Assembly: GCF_009914755.1 (NCBI RefSeq)
Contig: NC_060926.1
Origin: the human T2T-CHM13v2.0 reference genome, Homo sapiens
Strand: one strand, 5' to 3'
DNA: 64,000 bases
Each line of letters starts with the position of its first letter. The stretch's first letter is position 1. A program made the position numbers and the translations under genes. This document shows positions 1-12,555 of the stretch, one piece after another. Below the pieces are notes generated by a model. The model did not search any database and had not been told where the DNA came from. It was given only the letters and a program-made list of their open reading frames with translations.

Positions 1-609
1 TTTCCTGAGGAAAATTCTGGTTGGGGCCATAAACATCCTGTTATCCCCCACCTACGTATAGATATGAGATTCTCCTTTCAGTGAGAAAGTAGTTATGAGA
101 CTTAGTTTCCATAATAAAATTCCAATGCAGCCACCTTTTTTATTTGTTTCTAAAACTCAGAACTGCCTTAATGAGCAGGCTTGTACTAAAGTTCAGCAGA
201 GCTTTAATTAGGGAAATAGAAGCAAGCAGTTAACAATTGTTGATTATCAACCAATAATGCAATCTTCCTGCTTTATCCACAACTCACATGAAAAATGTCA
301 CATAGAGAATAATCTAGAAAAGATAACATGGGAAACATCATTTATCTAATACTTTACTAACCTAAGAGTTTAGATCAAGACATCCTTAGTTAAATTAGAT
401 TATTAGAGGGCTATGTGGTTTGAGCATATGATACTTTCCCTTTGCATTTGCATAAAGTGGTTATGGTGCTATGGCTTCAACATATATCAAAACTCGCTAT
501 ATGTCCTTTCCCTTTCCAATCCTTAAATATCAGTGTTCTGCAGATTTCTGCTCAAAGTTATTTTCTGGAATATGGAGGTAGAAATATGTGCTGTATTGCC
601 AGACTGGCT

Positions 610-780
610 TAATTCAACTCTGTGTTCTGACATTTATAAGCAATGTTAGCTTGTGAAATTGACCAACTTTCTTTGTAAAATAGCCTTAATAATAGTACCC
701 ATCTCATTGGGTTCCTGTTAGTATCAAAGGGATTCAATATGAAGCATTTAAACCTGTGGCTCAAATGGTAAACTCCAGAA
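610..780 (+). mobile_element. MIR SINE fragment
   Basis: Degenerate MIR core: tctttgtaaaatagccttaataatagtacccatctcattgggtt...aagcatttaaacctgtggctca. Confidence 0.6.
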
Positions 781-2149
781 CTCCAGAGGAAATGTTAGAA
801 TCACATTGTGAGCTCTCCTCATCTCATTCTGAAACTTCTCCCTGAGTAATCACAATCACTTTTGTGGCTGAAATTAGCATCTATTGGTTGATGATCAACA
901 ATTGTAAACCACTTCTATTCTCCTAATTAGAGGTTGTTACCTAAGTGCTCTTTAAAAAAGAACTCTATGCAACTTTAAGTGAGTGCATCTTAAAATAATT
1001 TGAATCTTGGTTCCCTCCAGTATAGTTACTATGTTCTGCTCTGTGATATTTTGTTTCCCATTATGTATTAGGTCCAGACACTACCCCGATCTAGCAACAA
1101 CTAAAATTCTACCTTTTTTGATCACCATCTTTAAGAACATAGCCTAGGGTGCATTTTCATTTTCTTTTTACCCTCATCTACCATGCCCTCGAGTTCTCAT
1201 TTTCTCCTTCATAGCTCTCTACTTTGTCTCTTAAGATCTAAGCCTCTCTGAGAAGGAAAAGTCTCACTTTCTCTAGCTAATGAGCTTTTATATTTAATCC
1301 TGAAGCAGTTTTTTTTTTTCTAAAGAAGATTTAGCTCCTTTTTGATTTTTTGAGTAAATGTAATCCCCCAAAGACAGAGTATTCAAGGCATAGAGCTTTT
1401 TAATGTCCCTTGCCTTTGGATTTGCAAGGATTTTGGAAATCACATCGTGTTATTTTATTTTTAAATAATATATGCCTTTATTTCTTCTTTTAAAATTAGC
1501 CACCTTTCTGTAAATGAAACTCTGATATAAAACTCATATTCATGACTTCTAAAATCAACAAACTCAGAGCCAACATTTTACCACATGGTTAAGGTTACAT
1601 TAGTCTACTCAAATGAAGCATAAAATATTAACAGGAATGAAATTGTACTGCTAATCTAGCAAAACTTGTTTATATTTTGAGCTGTTTTAATGTTAGAATA
1701 TTCTTATTTTTCAATAGTTCATGTGGAACTCAGCTGTTTTTGCAGTTTAAAGATGTAGCTTGCAGAACTAGCTGAGCCTCATCGTAAAAACAGGAAATAA
1801 TGTTCCCGAAACACTTTCCATTTCTTGGTGTGGTTTCACTAGGTGGAAAAGTTTCCCTTATGTTTTCTTTTTTTCCCTGTTTCTGTCTCATCTGAAATTT
1901 GAATAAAAAGCATAAGGTTTAAGGTCTTCTGTTATAACACACGCAATGAGGCTCCTGTGACCATATTTACCAAGGTTTCCATGGCAGCCATTTGCCTGTT
2001 CCCCCAAGCCTGTTATTTGCTGATTTCTCTGTAGCCAGCAATTGTCAAGCTAACATAAGGCAAAATGACATGCCAAAATTAAAATCCCACGAGTAATATT
2101 TACTAAAACATAAGGCCTACAATCACTGCCCCAGTGACATCAGTTTAAA

Positions 2150-2410
2150 CATAACCACCTAGGTATGCAACCATTAACTCTCTTGTCACATCTTCTGTAT
2201 CCCCAAGATCTCTGATCATACTAGATTTTTTGTTAGTGCCTAGGGCACAGCCAATTGCTCTTCTCATAACCTTGTCTGGCCAACCTCTACTCATCCTTAG
2301 GATCCAGCTCATCACTTCCTTCTGAATATTTTCCTTGACCTTCCTCACTAGATTAGTTGCCTGGACTTATGTGTATTATATTTCTCCCAGCATGACACAG
2401 CATATTTTTA
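2150..2410. mobile_element. L2 LINE fragments
   Basis: L2 3'-region-like motifs (tctgtatcccca...tagtgcctagggcacag; ctactcatccttaggatccagctcatcacttccttctg). Confidence 0.5.
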
Positions 2411-2776
2411 TTGTTTCTTTTCTAATTATATTAAAATTATACAAAATTTTGGAAGGAAAACAAAGGAGTTCCATCAGATGAAGTAAAAAAGTCCAGACCA
2501 AAAATGGAGATTAGCTAAATACAAATTTCTGCTACATGAAAGCACTGTCCTGCTCATCTTACATTTCTGTTGCGTAGCAGAATTCTTGGGTAACATTTTA
2601 AATATGTTGCCCGATACGTATTTCCCACAATAATTATTTCCAGATTTGATTTGAGGAATATAGTGAATTCCCTTCAGGAATTAGTAGCATATTGATTCTA
2701 TCTTTTAATTGTGTTAGCCAGAAATTTTAGGATCAGGTTGTATTCTCAATTATTCTGGATTTTGCTTTAATGTCAT

Positions 2777-3482
2777 GGTGGCAGTTTACAAAAAAATGGT
2801 TGTGAGTTCATCACTGACTGTGTCCATGCTACTTAGCAATAGTTTTGTACAGGTCCTCCATTCAAAGGAAGACTCACTCTATTTCCCCTTTTCTTAAATC
2901 TGAGATAGCTTTGTGACATGCTTAGACCAATGAAATACAATGGAAATGGCTATATATCAGTTGAAGTCTATGTTTCAAGAGACCTCACAGGCATTTGCTC
3001 ATGTCTTCGAAACTCGTTTTTTGTTTTGTTTTGTTTTTTGTTTTTAACAGGGTTTCACTCTATCCCCAAGGCTGAAGTTCAGTGGCACAATCACAGTTCA
3101 CCACAGCCTCAACCTCTTAAGCTCAAGCAATCTCCCTACCACAGCCTCCCAAGTAACTTGGCATGACTCTGCCAATGTGCCAAGTGAACATTCTTGGGTT
3201 AGCCTTGATGGAACGATGTATACATGATCCAGTCATTTTTGTCACCCAAGTCAATAGCCTGAAACCTGCTGGATATGTGAGGGAGGCTATCTTAGGTCAT
3301 CTAGCCAAGCCAACCTACTATGTGAGTGTAGATGTATGAGTGAGTCTAGCCAAGATCTACTGAGTGTGGCTCCGACTTGCAGAATTATGTGGCTGGCCTA
3401 AACTTCTGTAACTAATAAATGTTTGTTGTTTTAAGCCACTAAATTTTGAGGTGGTGTATTGAGCAGAAATTGCTTCTTAATA
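2777..3482 (+). mobile_element. MaLR LTR (MLT1G/H-like), interrupted by an Alu monomer
   Basis: MLT1 motifs ctttgtgacatgcttagaccaatgaaat and 3' end aataaatgtttgttgttttaagccactaaattttgaggtgg. Confidence 0.7.
3017..3160 (-). mobile_element. Old Alu monomer/fragment (AluJ/FLAM-like)
   Basis: (TTTTG)n tail then acagggtttcactctatccccaaggctgaagttcagtggcacaatc...gctcaagcaatctccc. Confidence 0.8.
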
Positions 3483-3639
3483 ATTTCTTCCCAAATGATC
3501 TTAGATTTAAAAGCAACTCCTCCTCAAAAAACTTTTTTCTCAGTACCATTTTTCTTCCTCACAGATTTATATGTACATGTTTGGCAATATTTATACATGT
3601 ACATATCTATGCTAAATTTCTTTATTATTGTTTTCACCC

Positions 3640-3760
3640 ACTCCTAAATTAGAATGGAACCTCCATATAGACAAGTATTTTATTTTTTTTCTATCGTATC
3701 TCCAACACTTAAAAAAATAACTTTGCACAGACTGGGTATGCAATAAATGTTTCATCAATT
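3640..3760 (+). mobile_element. L2 3' end fragment
   Basis: tagaatggaacctccat...gtatctccaacactt...gcacagactgggtatgcaataaatgttt. Confidence 0.55.
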
Positions 3761-5539
3761 AATCTTAGCAAATTAATTTATTCTTAAATATGAAATATGT
3801 ACCTCTTTCTTGTAACTAAAATTCCTCCTCCTCTTCCCCATAATTTGATTAAAAGTTTCACAGTTCTCAGCTTTATTGTTACCAAATATTAGTTATATTA
3901 AAACAGATAAAAGAAATGAATGCATGATCACTGACATGAATCGCTATAAAAGTGCATGAAACTCTGTTCTAATAAAAAAAGTATAACTGATCCTAGTGAA
4001 AGTCAGGCATAACCCCTGGCATGGAATACAATACAAAACTTAATTAGAAAAATAAAATCTCTGACTTCTTTCAACTTTTTCTTTACAGAAACCAATAAAC
4101 ATTATCACAGTCTTACACAGAGTAGGTAGTTGATTATTTGGTTTCAAAATTTTCTACCTCTTAATTTATGATTTAATAATCCAAAAAAGGGAAGAATGGA
4201 TTGTTGTTTCTAGCAAAGCAAAAATAGTTACTTCAACCCTGTATCTTCTTTAAGTAAGGAAGTATGCAGGGCATATGTGTTCGCTGATGGACATAAAACT
4301 AGCCATCCCATCTGGTGAATGAATTCTGGAAATCAGTTGGTGGTGTGTTCCAGGTCATTCACTTTCACATTGTATTAGATATGCCATTAAGAGTGAATAA
4401 ATTGGAAATTATTTTCTAAAATAAATTGGCTCTATAGCAACCTAAAAACACTCAAATTTATACTAAAAAAAATTTTAATAAATGAGAAGTTTAATCCACA
4501 CAACAATGTTGAAAAGATGAAAGATATTATGAAAATTCCAGTTGTGTTACTTTATTGCTCTATATAGATTAATATTCTAATATTAAAAGAGCATTTTCAA
4601 AAGGAAAATGTTATTACATCTTATTTTCTTAAAAGTTAAACAGATGAACATTGTGTTTAACAACCTTAGATGAGTTGTAAAAAATTGAGAACATCTCAGA
4701 GTTCATGATAGTAAAACAAGGCATAATTCTTCAAGTCATAGTAATTATGCTAGTTATCACCCCATTACTGATATAATGTGAAGCTAATAAGCCAAGTAAT
4801 TAGTATGCTGTAGGTCAGAATTTTCACCTCAGTAGCTGAAGGGTAAATGAAGACAAAGCAGTGTAATATTAAACATACAGGCAAAAGCTCAGTAATTCCT
4901 TATAATGAAAAACTAAAAGATTATTAAAGAAATAGTATATTTATATTTGCTCCTTGAAGAAAAAATATGAGAAACTAGTTTAGTTTTTAAGCTCAGTGAA
5001 GGGTAAGACATATTCAACTGTGCTAATTGATATTATTAAATATATAACACACTGAAATGTAACACATGTTGTACATATGTATAAATCATGCATAGATTGG
5101 TTATGCTCCTCTCAAGTGATTCCTGTAATCTCTTACTTGCAAGTAAAGTTTTTTTTTTTTTTTTTTTTTTTTGCTGTCATAGGAAAAAGAGATAAAACAA
5201 ACTTGCATCAGACAGCTGGTGCCATCAGAAGGAAAAAGATAAAAGAAATCAAATGGAACCAGATGTTCAGAGGAGTTTTCCTATTGTCCTGTAATGGGGG
5301 CTAACTACAAGCTGAGGACAAAAGGAGCTAACTACTCCCCAGTTCTATGTTTAGGGAGATACTACAGATGGGAAACAAGCTCTGCTCTGTAAAGTTTCTT
5401 AAGAGAAACAGAGCAGGCACTGAATTCACTAGTGCCTACTCCACTCGGATCCCAAAAGGGGACTGTGTCTTTGCAGGAGTTCAGTGTTCTGGAGAGACAA
5501 TATTCTTTCCCCTTGAGAGTGGAGTGGTCCTTCCCTTTT

Positions 5540-5915
5540 TCTTAGGTCAAGTTCAGCAGGAAGAAGGATGTTTATTAGGGAGTGTTCTTGAGATAAACAC
5601 ACGTGGAAAAGAGGGCAAGAAATTAAGAATGGGCAGAAAGAAAAGCTGAGCTGTGGTGCAATACAGTTAAAACAAAGAGCTCAGTCAACTACATGGGGAG
5701 CAATGGAGCTTGGATAGCCAGGTTGACCTGAGCTAAGTTGAAAGGCCAGTTTTTTATACCCTTACTCTGTGAAATTACTGGATGTAGGCTGCACCTGGAA
5801 GGTGGCACAATTTTGGACTAGACACTTGTCTACTTGTCTCTAACCAGGAAATCCCCATGAAGGCTGACAAGCCCTTCATTACTGAGGGTGAGCTGGGTAG
5901 CGAGAAACAGCATCC
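5540..5915 (-). mobile_element. ERVL-type LTR (LTR33-like)
   Basis: gtttattagggagtgttcttgagataaacacacgtggaa...gggcagaaagaaaagctgagctgtggtgca resembles antisense LTR33. Confidence 0.55.
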
Positions 5916-6288
5916 ATTTTGCTAACCTTGTTCAATTTTGACAAGGAATATGGCTGGGAACTTCCAAACAGAGAAAGAACAGAATGACACCATTGGCCCC
6001 CAAGCCCTTCTCACAGCCCAGAGTGACACAAATAATGGGTTGTGGAGTCCAAAATTTGATGAAAGAGAGCAGATGATATTTAAGGACTTCCATCTTATTC
6101 AAACAGCATCAATATGGGTGTTGGAGCTGTACAAAGTTGTTGTGTGCATGCTAATAGGTATGGGTCAGCTGAAAGAGGTTATCAGATACCACAGGGAAAA
6201 TCAAACCTAGGGGGTTTATACAGGAATAAGCCATTTTCTGCCTACATCTAGTCCATAGAAATGGGTCATAGTCAACCAAGATGAAGAT

Positions 6289-6393
6289 TGCAAAATTATT
6301 TAATTAAATGTCGATACAACCTTTTTTAATGCTTTCTCCCTGTCCTATAGCCACAGAAGATTAAGAATGAAGGAGGGGAGTATGTGCAAAGAA
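6289..6393 (+). repeat. Dispersed ~107-bp direct repeat, copy 1 (copy 2 at 7965-8072)
   Basis: Shared core atgctttctccctgtcc...ccacagaagattaa...gaagga.ggga.tatgt.caaagaa; about 83% identity by manual alignment. Confidence 0.9.
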
Positions 6394-7964
6394 CCATCAT
6401 ACTTAATTCCCACCTCTTCAAACTGCTAGAGCCACAGACAATCCTGGAATACCCCAAAAGAGAGGAGGTATATACAAACCAGAAGTATTTATGATTTATG
6501 GTCTTTGGGACCACAGTTGATCTTTGAGGATTGAAGCCAATGGATAAAAAGCCTCTACGTTTTGCCCTCTGGGGTAGAAAATTCTAAGATTCATTATAAT
6601 ATTTTTCATAATGCCCTAAGAAAATCAGCATCCATTGCCCTCAGTTTGTGCAACTTAATACTACTTTCTTGTATTATCAATTCCTTCATTGTTTTCCTCC
6701 CCCTTAATCCTGTGTCCTGCTGTTATATTTCTAAGACTTTGTTTCAGACTTTGTTTTCCAGGGATCCCAAGCTAATATACACAAAAACTGTAATTTTCTT
6801 TGTATTTATGTTTAATAGGAATCTTTTTAATCCTAGTTTTGCAGAAACAAGACATTCTATTAGGAATGCAAATTATAGCAGTGATACATTTGATAGAAAA
6901 TAGTGTTCTTCTTCACCTATTTCTTGTATTGAAGAAATTAGGATATTTACTCTGAGGGGTCTTTGTACTAGGAATATAGTTTTGTTCTTCCCTGAGTCTG
7001 ATCTAGGATATCTGGTAGTCCCAATGTTTTCTCTCTGTATCATAGATCTTTGTAAGCTTTATATAGTGGTTTTAGAAATTTGATAGGCTTATAAATATCT
7101 TTTTCACCTAAACTCTCTAGCACAAGAAAACTATAAAAATAATGTATTGTAACCTTGGGTTGGACTTGCATTTAAATAATCACTGAGACTATTCTATCTT
7201 CTTTTGTTTATTTTTTTTTTGAGAAACTAGAGTTGTAGGACTATCAAAGTCACTCTGAAATATTCATGTTATAACTTATATATAATATTAGACATTCCAA
7301 AAACACGCACTTTCCCTTGCACTGTGTAGTTTCTGTATTTTTTTCTCTCAGTAAAATGAATATACCTTGAACATTTATATAAATCATCAGTAGAGAAATG
7401 TTTGTACCTGTCAAGCTGAATAAATGTTCTACACCCCATTCATTGCCATGAATCTACCAACTGACTGCTTATTTATTCATTGTGTTTGCATGTTTGATTT
7501 ATAAAGGAACAAAACTACATGATTGGGTACTCTAAGTAGTATACCAAATTTTTATCATGAATAAGTGAGAAGCATTGTCACATTTGAGGAAACTTTTTAT
7601 TGTAACTAGGTGCTGAGAATCTTAACTAAATTCTTAAAAATCTGACTCATAATAAACACCTAATGTTTATTTGAAAGAAGTCAAGATACACATTGGAAGC
7701 ATGTATAACCACTGTGGTTACTCAAAGCTCTTCTATATTATGAATGCTATAGTGTAATGTATATGTTATCATAATATGTTAGGAAATCATATGAAGCCTA
7801 TTATTTGTCATAATCTAAAAATAACTTTCTGCTTTTTTGTACAAGAAATTTTCTTTATCAGAAAGAATAATTACATTTGATTAGTAATTACTATATAATA
7901 CTCCTTTTTTAAAGACTATACCTTAAAAACAAGAGTAAAATTTTGATACCCTGTTCCAAACTTC

Positions 7965-8072
7965 TGCAACCTTACTTAATTAAATTAGTAGATATGACCT
8001 TTCTCTTATGCTTTCTCCCTGTCCCATGACCACAGAAGATTAATAAAGAAGGACGGGATTATGTACAAAGAA
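7965..8072 (+). repeat. Dispersed ~107-bp direct repeat, copy 2
   Basis: Aligns to 6289-6393 with about 16 substitutions and 2 small gaps. Confidence 0.9.
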
Positions 8073-8699
8073 ATACTACCACCACTGTAGTATGGACTAC
8101 TTCTCCTTTCTTTGCCTTGTGTTTGATTGTACATCAGAACTAGTAAATTAATACCAAAGCAGATCCAATTAAGTGCTCTCCATTTTAATTTCTCAACCCA
8201 ACCTGGAGGGAAAAAATTCAGAAATGGCTAACCCTTAATCTCCAAGTCAAGTGTTTCAGTCATGTGTGGAGAAAAGCTCATTTTGCCAAATTGTAGTTTA
8301 AAATGGAGAACCTGCTACCCACATCTCAGAAATCAATTTCATTTGCCCAGTCTGTCAGGAGCATAAACCAAGGCAATTGACATACCAGTTCAAATTCCAA
8401 GCAGTCCACTCCAAAAGCTGTTTGATTCAAGGGACTATAATTAAAAAATGAAGCCATATCCCAGAGAAAAGGCATGTGCAGTGTGAAACACAACCAGATA
8501 GGTAAGTAAAGTACAGACTAGTAGTATTTCTGAATTGACCATTTGGTTGTCTTACACATGTCTATTCAGTCCATGGGGAAAGAGGTATGATGAGTCATCA
8601 ATGTAGGGCAAAGAAATAAGCAAATAACAAATACTCTGAAATAAAGCCCGATGGTCTCTAACCTCAGTCATAATTGTTTCTTTCCTTCCCTATTGCTCA

Positions 8700-8920
8700 T
8701 TTATAGTTCCAACAACATTTTATTGAACATCTGTTCCATGCCACTTACTATTTTATTTATTAAATTATTACAGTAAATAAATGATGTAAAAAAAACCCTA
8801 ATTTTCAAGAAAGAACAAACTGGGGCTTGAAGAGCTGCAAAGTCTACAGCTGGTAAGTATCACAGTTGGGATTCAATCCTTTGTCTTTTTGTTTCAGGAT
8901 TCCATGCTGCTGCTCCGCCA
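8700..8920 (-). mobile_element. MIR fragment
   Basis: acattttattgaacatctgttccatgcc...aaactggggctt...acagctggtaagtatcacagttgggattcaatcc. Confidence 0.6.
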
Positions 8921-9529
8921 TGCTTCACACCAATCAATAAGAAGTGTTTCCAGCTGTATCTACGAAATGTCTCTCCAGAATCACTGACAATTCGGTTCAC
9001 ATCATATGGCAATTAGATAATTTTCTGATGACTTTTAACTTACCTCCTCTCTTTTGACTTCTCCCTACACCATATCAGTGTCCAAAGTGTTGCCAAAACC
9101 ACTTCGAAAATGCACATCTGTTTCTGTCTCTCCCTTATATTATGCCTTCAAATCATGACTTCTTAAAATGATATAAGGAATTTTTACAGTTGGGTAAAAA
9201 ATTAAGTTGGAGCCTCCTTTATAATTGTTCCTGTACATTTGCCATCCCTCCAGACTTAAAGAATAAATTGAAGAACTTTGTACAGAATATTGACTTTCCT
9301 GTTGATGTGCCATCATTTAGTACAGGAGAAACAACTCAGTGTATACCTATCTGCAAACTTTTCTAATGATAATTTGTGCCTATAGTCCTATACTGATGTG
9401 AAGTGTGAAAAAATATATACCAGGAGAAACAAAGGAGAATGGCACCATATAATTGGTAGATTTTCATCCCATAGTTTATTTTCGTATTTGCCTGCAAGGT
9501 CTTTTTTCATACACTAAATCAAGCCCTGC

Positions 9530-9770
9530 CTGTTTTGAAATCATCATCGACACCCCTTCAAAGCACAGTTAAGTACACCTTCTCTGGTTTCACATGACAA
9601 TCTGATTGCACTGGATTACAGTCAAAACTTTTGTGTCTGTCTGTGCAATTTCTGATGTCCTTAAGGGCAGGGACAATGTTTTTCCCAATTTTGTATTGCC
9701 AGTGCCTAGCACAATCCCTGACTTTTTGTAGATAGAACTTTTTTCCACCAATTGTATAATTTAATGAATC
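9530..9770 (+). mobile_element. L2 3' end
   Basis: ctgatgtccttaagggcagggacaatgttttt...ttgtattgccagtgcctagcacaatccctgac. Confidence 0.7.
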
Positions 9771-10269
9771 ACACATATAGACTCTAATGATTACATGAAT
9801 ATTATTAATTGATACTCAATGTTTGTGGTCTAATATTATTTTTCTTGAAATAAATTAAGATATATTTAATATAATAAAATTAAAACTACAAAATAAAACA
9901 AACATTTATAACTTGAATTTAACATGTCATAAATTTTTGCAGTAGCAGTAATACATATTGAAAAAACACATACCTTGGTATAACAAAATATAAAAATGAA
10001 AAACAAAACCAACCAAAAAACTGCTTAGTACATTCATATACAATATTAAATTGTACTCTATGAATACATACTAATGTTTATGAATTTAGTAAGTTTGCAA
10101 TACATAGAATTATTTATGTCATTTTATGCAGAAAAAAGGTATTGTATTGGCATTGTTACACATTATAGGTGACAGGTAATGAAGTAAATTATGTTCTAAA
10201 ATTATATTTTTGCAGAAGTTATCAACATCATTAGGTTTTATTAACTTATTCTTGAAGTCTATAAAAATT

Positions 10270-10500
10270 GGCAAGTGGATCACGAGGTCAGGAGTTCAAG
10301 ACCAGCCTGGGCAAGATGGTGAAACCCTGTCTCTACTAAAAATACAAAAAAAAATTAGCTGAGCATGGTGGTGGGCACCTGTAATCCCAGCTACTTGGGA
10401 GGCTGAGGCAGAGAATTGCTTGAACCTGGGAGGCAGAGGTTGCAATAAGCCGAGATCATGCTGCTGCACTCCAGCCTGGGTGACAGAGAGAGACTCCATC
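10270..10500 (+). mobile_element. 5'-truncated AluS (Sg/Sc-like); C-rich tract in place of poly(A)
   Basis: gatcacgaggtcaggagttcaagaccagcc...gagactccatc followed by ccctaccccccccacccccccaaaaa. Confidence 0.92.
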
Positions 10501-11719
10501 CCCTACCCCCCCCACCCCCCCAAAAATAGAGGTCTTTTAATTTTTCATCTGTGGGTTACTGTCCAAAACAATGAACCAAAAGAATTATCCCTAAGTAAAT
10601 TACCCATAATTTCTCCACCTTTAAGTTGTATTTTTTTCTGAAGATAATGGAAATTAGAAGCTAAAGCGTGCAAACTATTAATGTTAGCATATGACAGTTG
10701 AAGGTGAACACAGAAGGCCTGTTAAGGTGTGCTCACTTCTTAAGGTTAAGACATAAAGAGAAAACTTCTTACTACATTAGAATATAGGAAGACACCTCTA
10801 TTCTGTGTCTTATGTGAAGAATAGAGTTAAGAAAGATGCTGCTATAATAAAACATAACATTTTTACTTAATATTTATAAACAACCACATAGAAAATATAA
10901 TTCTCCAGGAAACATAAAGTTTATTTGATAAACTCTTCAATTAAAAAAGTGGTTGGGTCATTTTAATGGATGGTCCCATTGAACCATGATATCTGAATCG
11001 TCCATCATTATTATAGGTATATGAGTATTAATGGACCAGATAACCCCAGTGTGGTATTCAGGACATCTTTATCGTAAGTATTGTTGAAAATACTTCAACC
11101 TTTTTTAAAAAAAAATCTATTCAAAGTATCTTCTGTTTCTCTATGAAGAATATCCTTTAATTTTTTTTCTGTGAAAATAGCCTTTATTTCAGAAAGGCAC
11201 AATGCAAATTAATGAAGCCCTAGGCTCACACATATCAAGAGTGTTTTATTTTGTTGAAGTTACTCCTTGGCTTTCATTGCTAGTAATAAAATTCCTTGGT
11301 AAGAGAGTCACACCTGTTTGTGATAAGCAGTCTTGGAATATAACGATGAGTGCTGGAGAAATGTGAGCAATGCGACAACAGTGTCTGTTAAAATGTGCTT
11401 TTTCATAGTTTATTTTTATCCATTGTGTTGGGCATTCATTTGACTCTCTAAAACTCATGTCCTTTAGTACTTTTAGAATTCTCTTGATTTTTAAAATAAG
11501 GTAATTTCTCCACTATCTTTCAAAGCTTTACCTTTCAAGGAGCAAGAGTTTTAATTTGGGAAATTCTATTTATCATTTTTCTTTCATAGTATATATACTT
11601 TATGTTGTTTCAAATATTTTTGCCCAACCTAATGTCATGAAGATTTTCTACAATATTTTATTCTACAAGTTTTGCCGCTTTATCTGTTAAGTTTTAATCT
11701 ATAATCTATTTTGAGTTAA

Positions 11720-12100
<381 letters not shown>

Positions 12101-12169
12101 CCGTTAATCTACGTATCTATCTATATGCCAAAAAACGTACAGAGCTGATTACTGTTGCTTTTCAGGAAC

Positions 12170-12555
12170 TTTTAAAATCAGATACTGTAAGTCCTCTAAC
12201 TTTGTACCTTTTGAAAAACATTTAGCTATTGTTGTCTTTGCCTTTCCACCTAAATTTTTAAATCATGTGGTCAATTTCTTCAAAAAAAGGCTTGTTACCA
12301 TTTTTATTAGGATTTCATTGGATCTATAGACCAATTTATTAAGAATTGTCAGACTAACAATAAAATTTTAAAATTAGGTGTTGTAAATCCTCCAACTTTG
12401 TACTTTTTCAAAAGTGTTTAGCTATTATTGTCTTTGCCATCCATACAGATTTTTAATTGATATTGGCAATTTCTTCAGAAAATGCTTGTGACAGCTTTAA
12501 TTGTGATTTCTTTGTACTGACAGGACAAATTTTGAGAATTGTCAGACTAATAATG
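12170..12555. repeat. Old tandem duplication (~195-bp unit) within L1M
   Basis: Two consecutive copies of tgtaa.tcct..aactttgtac...tttagctatt.ttgtctttgcc...agaattgtcagactaa.aat. Confidence 0.85.

Noticed and set aside
5077-6210. Run of three + strand ORFs (75-100 aa)
   Set aside because: No recognisable homology; they include poly-T and LTR-derived sequence and have no coherent exon structure.
6330-6382. Duplicated unit as a paralogous miRNA or snoRNA
   Set aside because: Only short, weak pairing (ctccc/gggag) and no convincing hairpin or box motifs in both copies.
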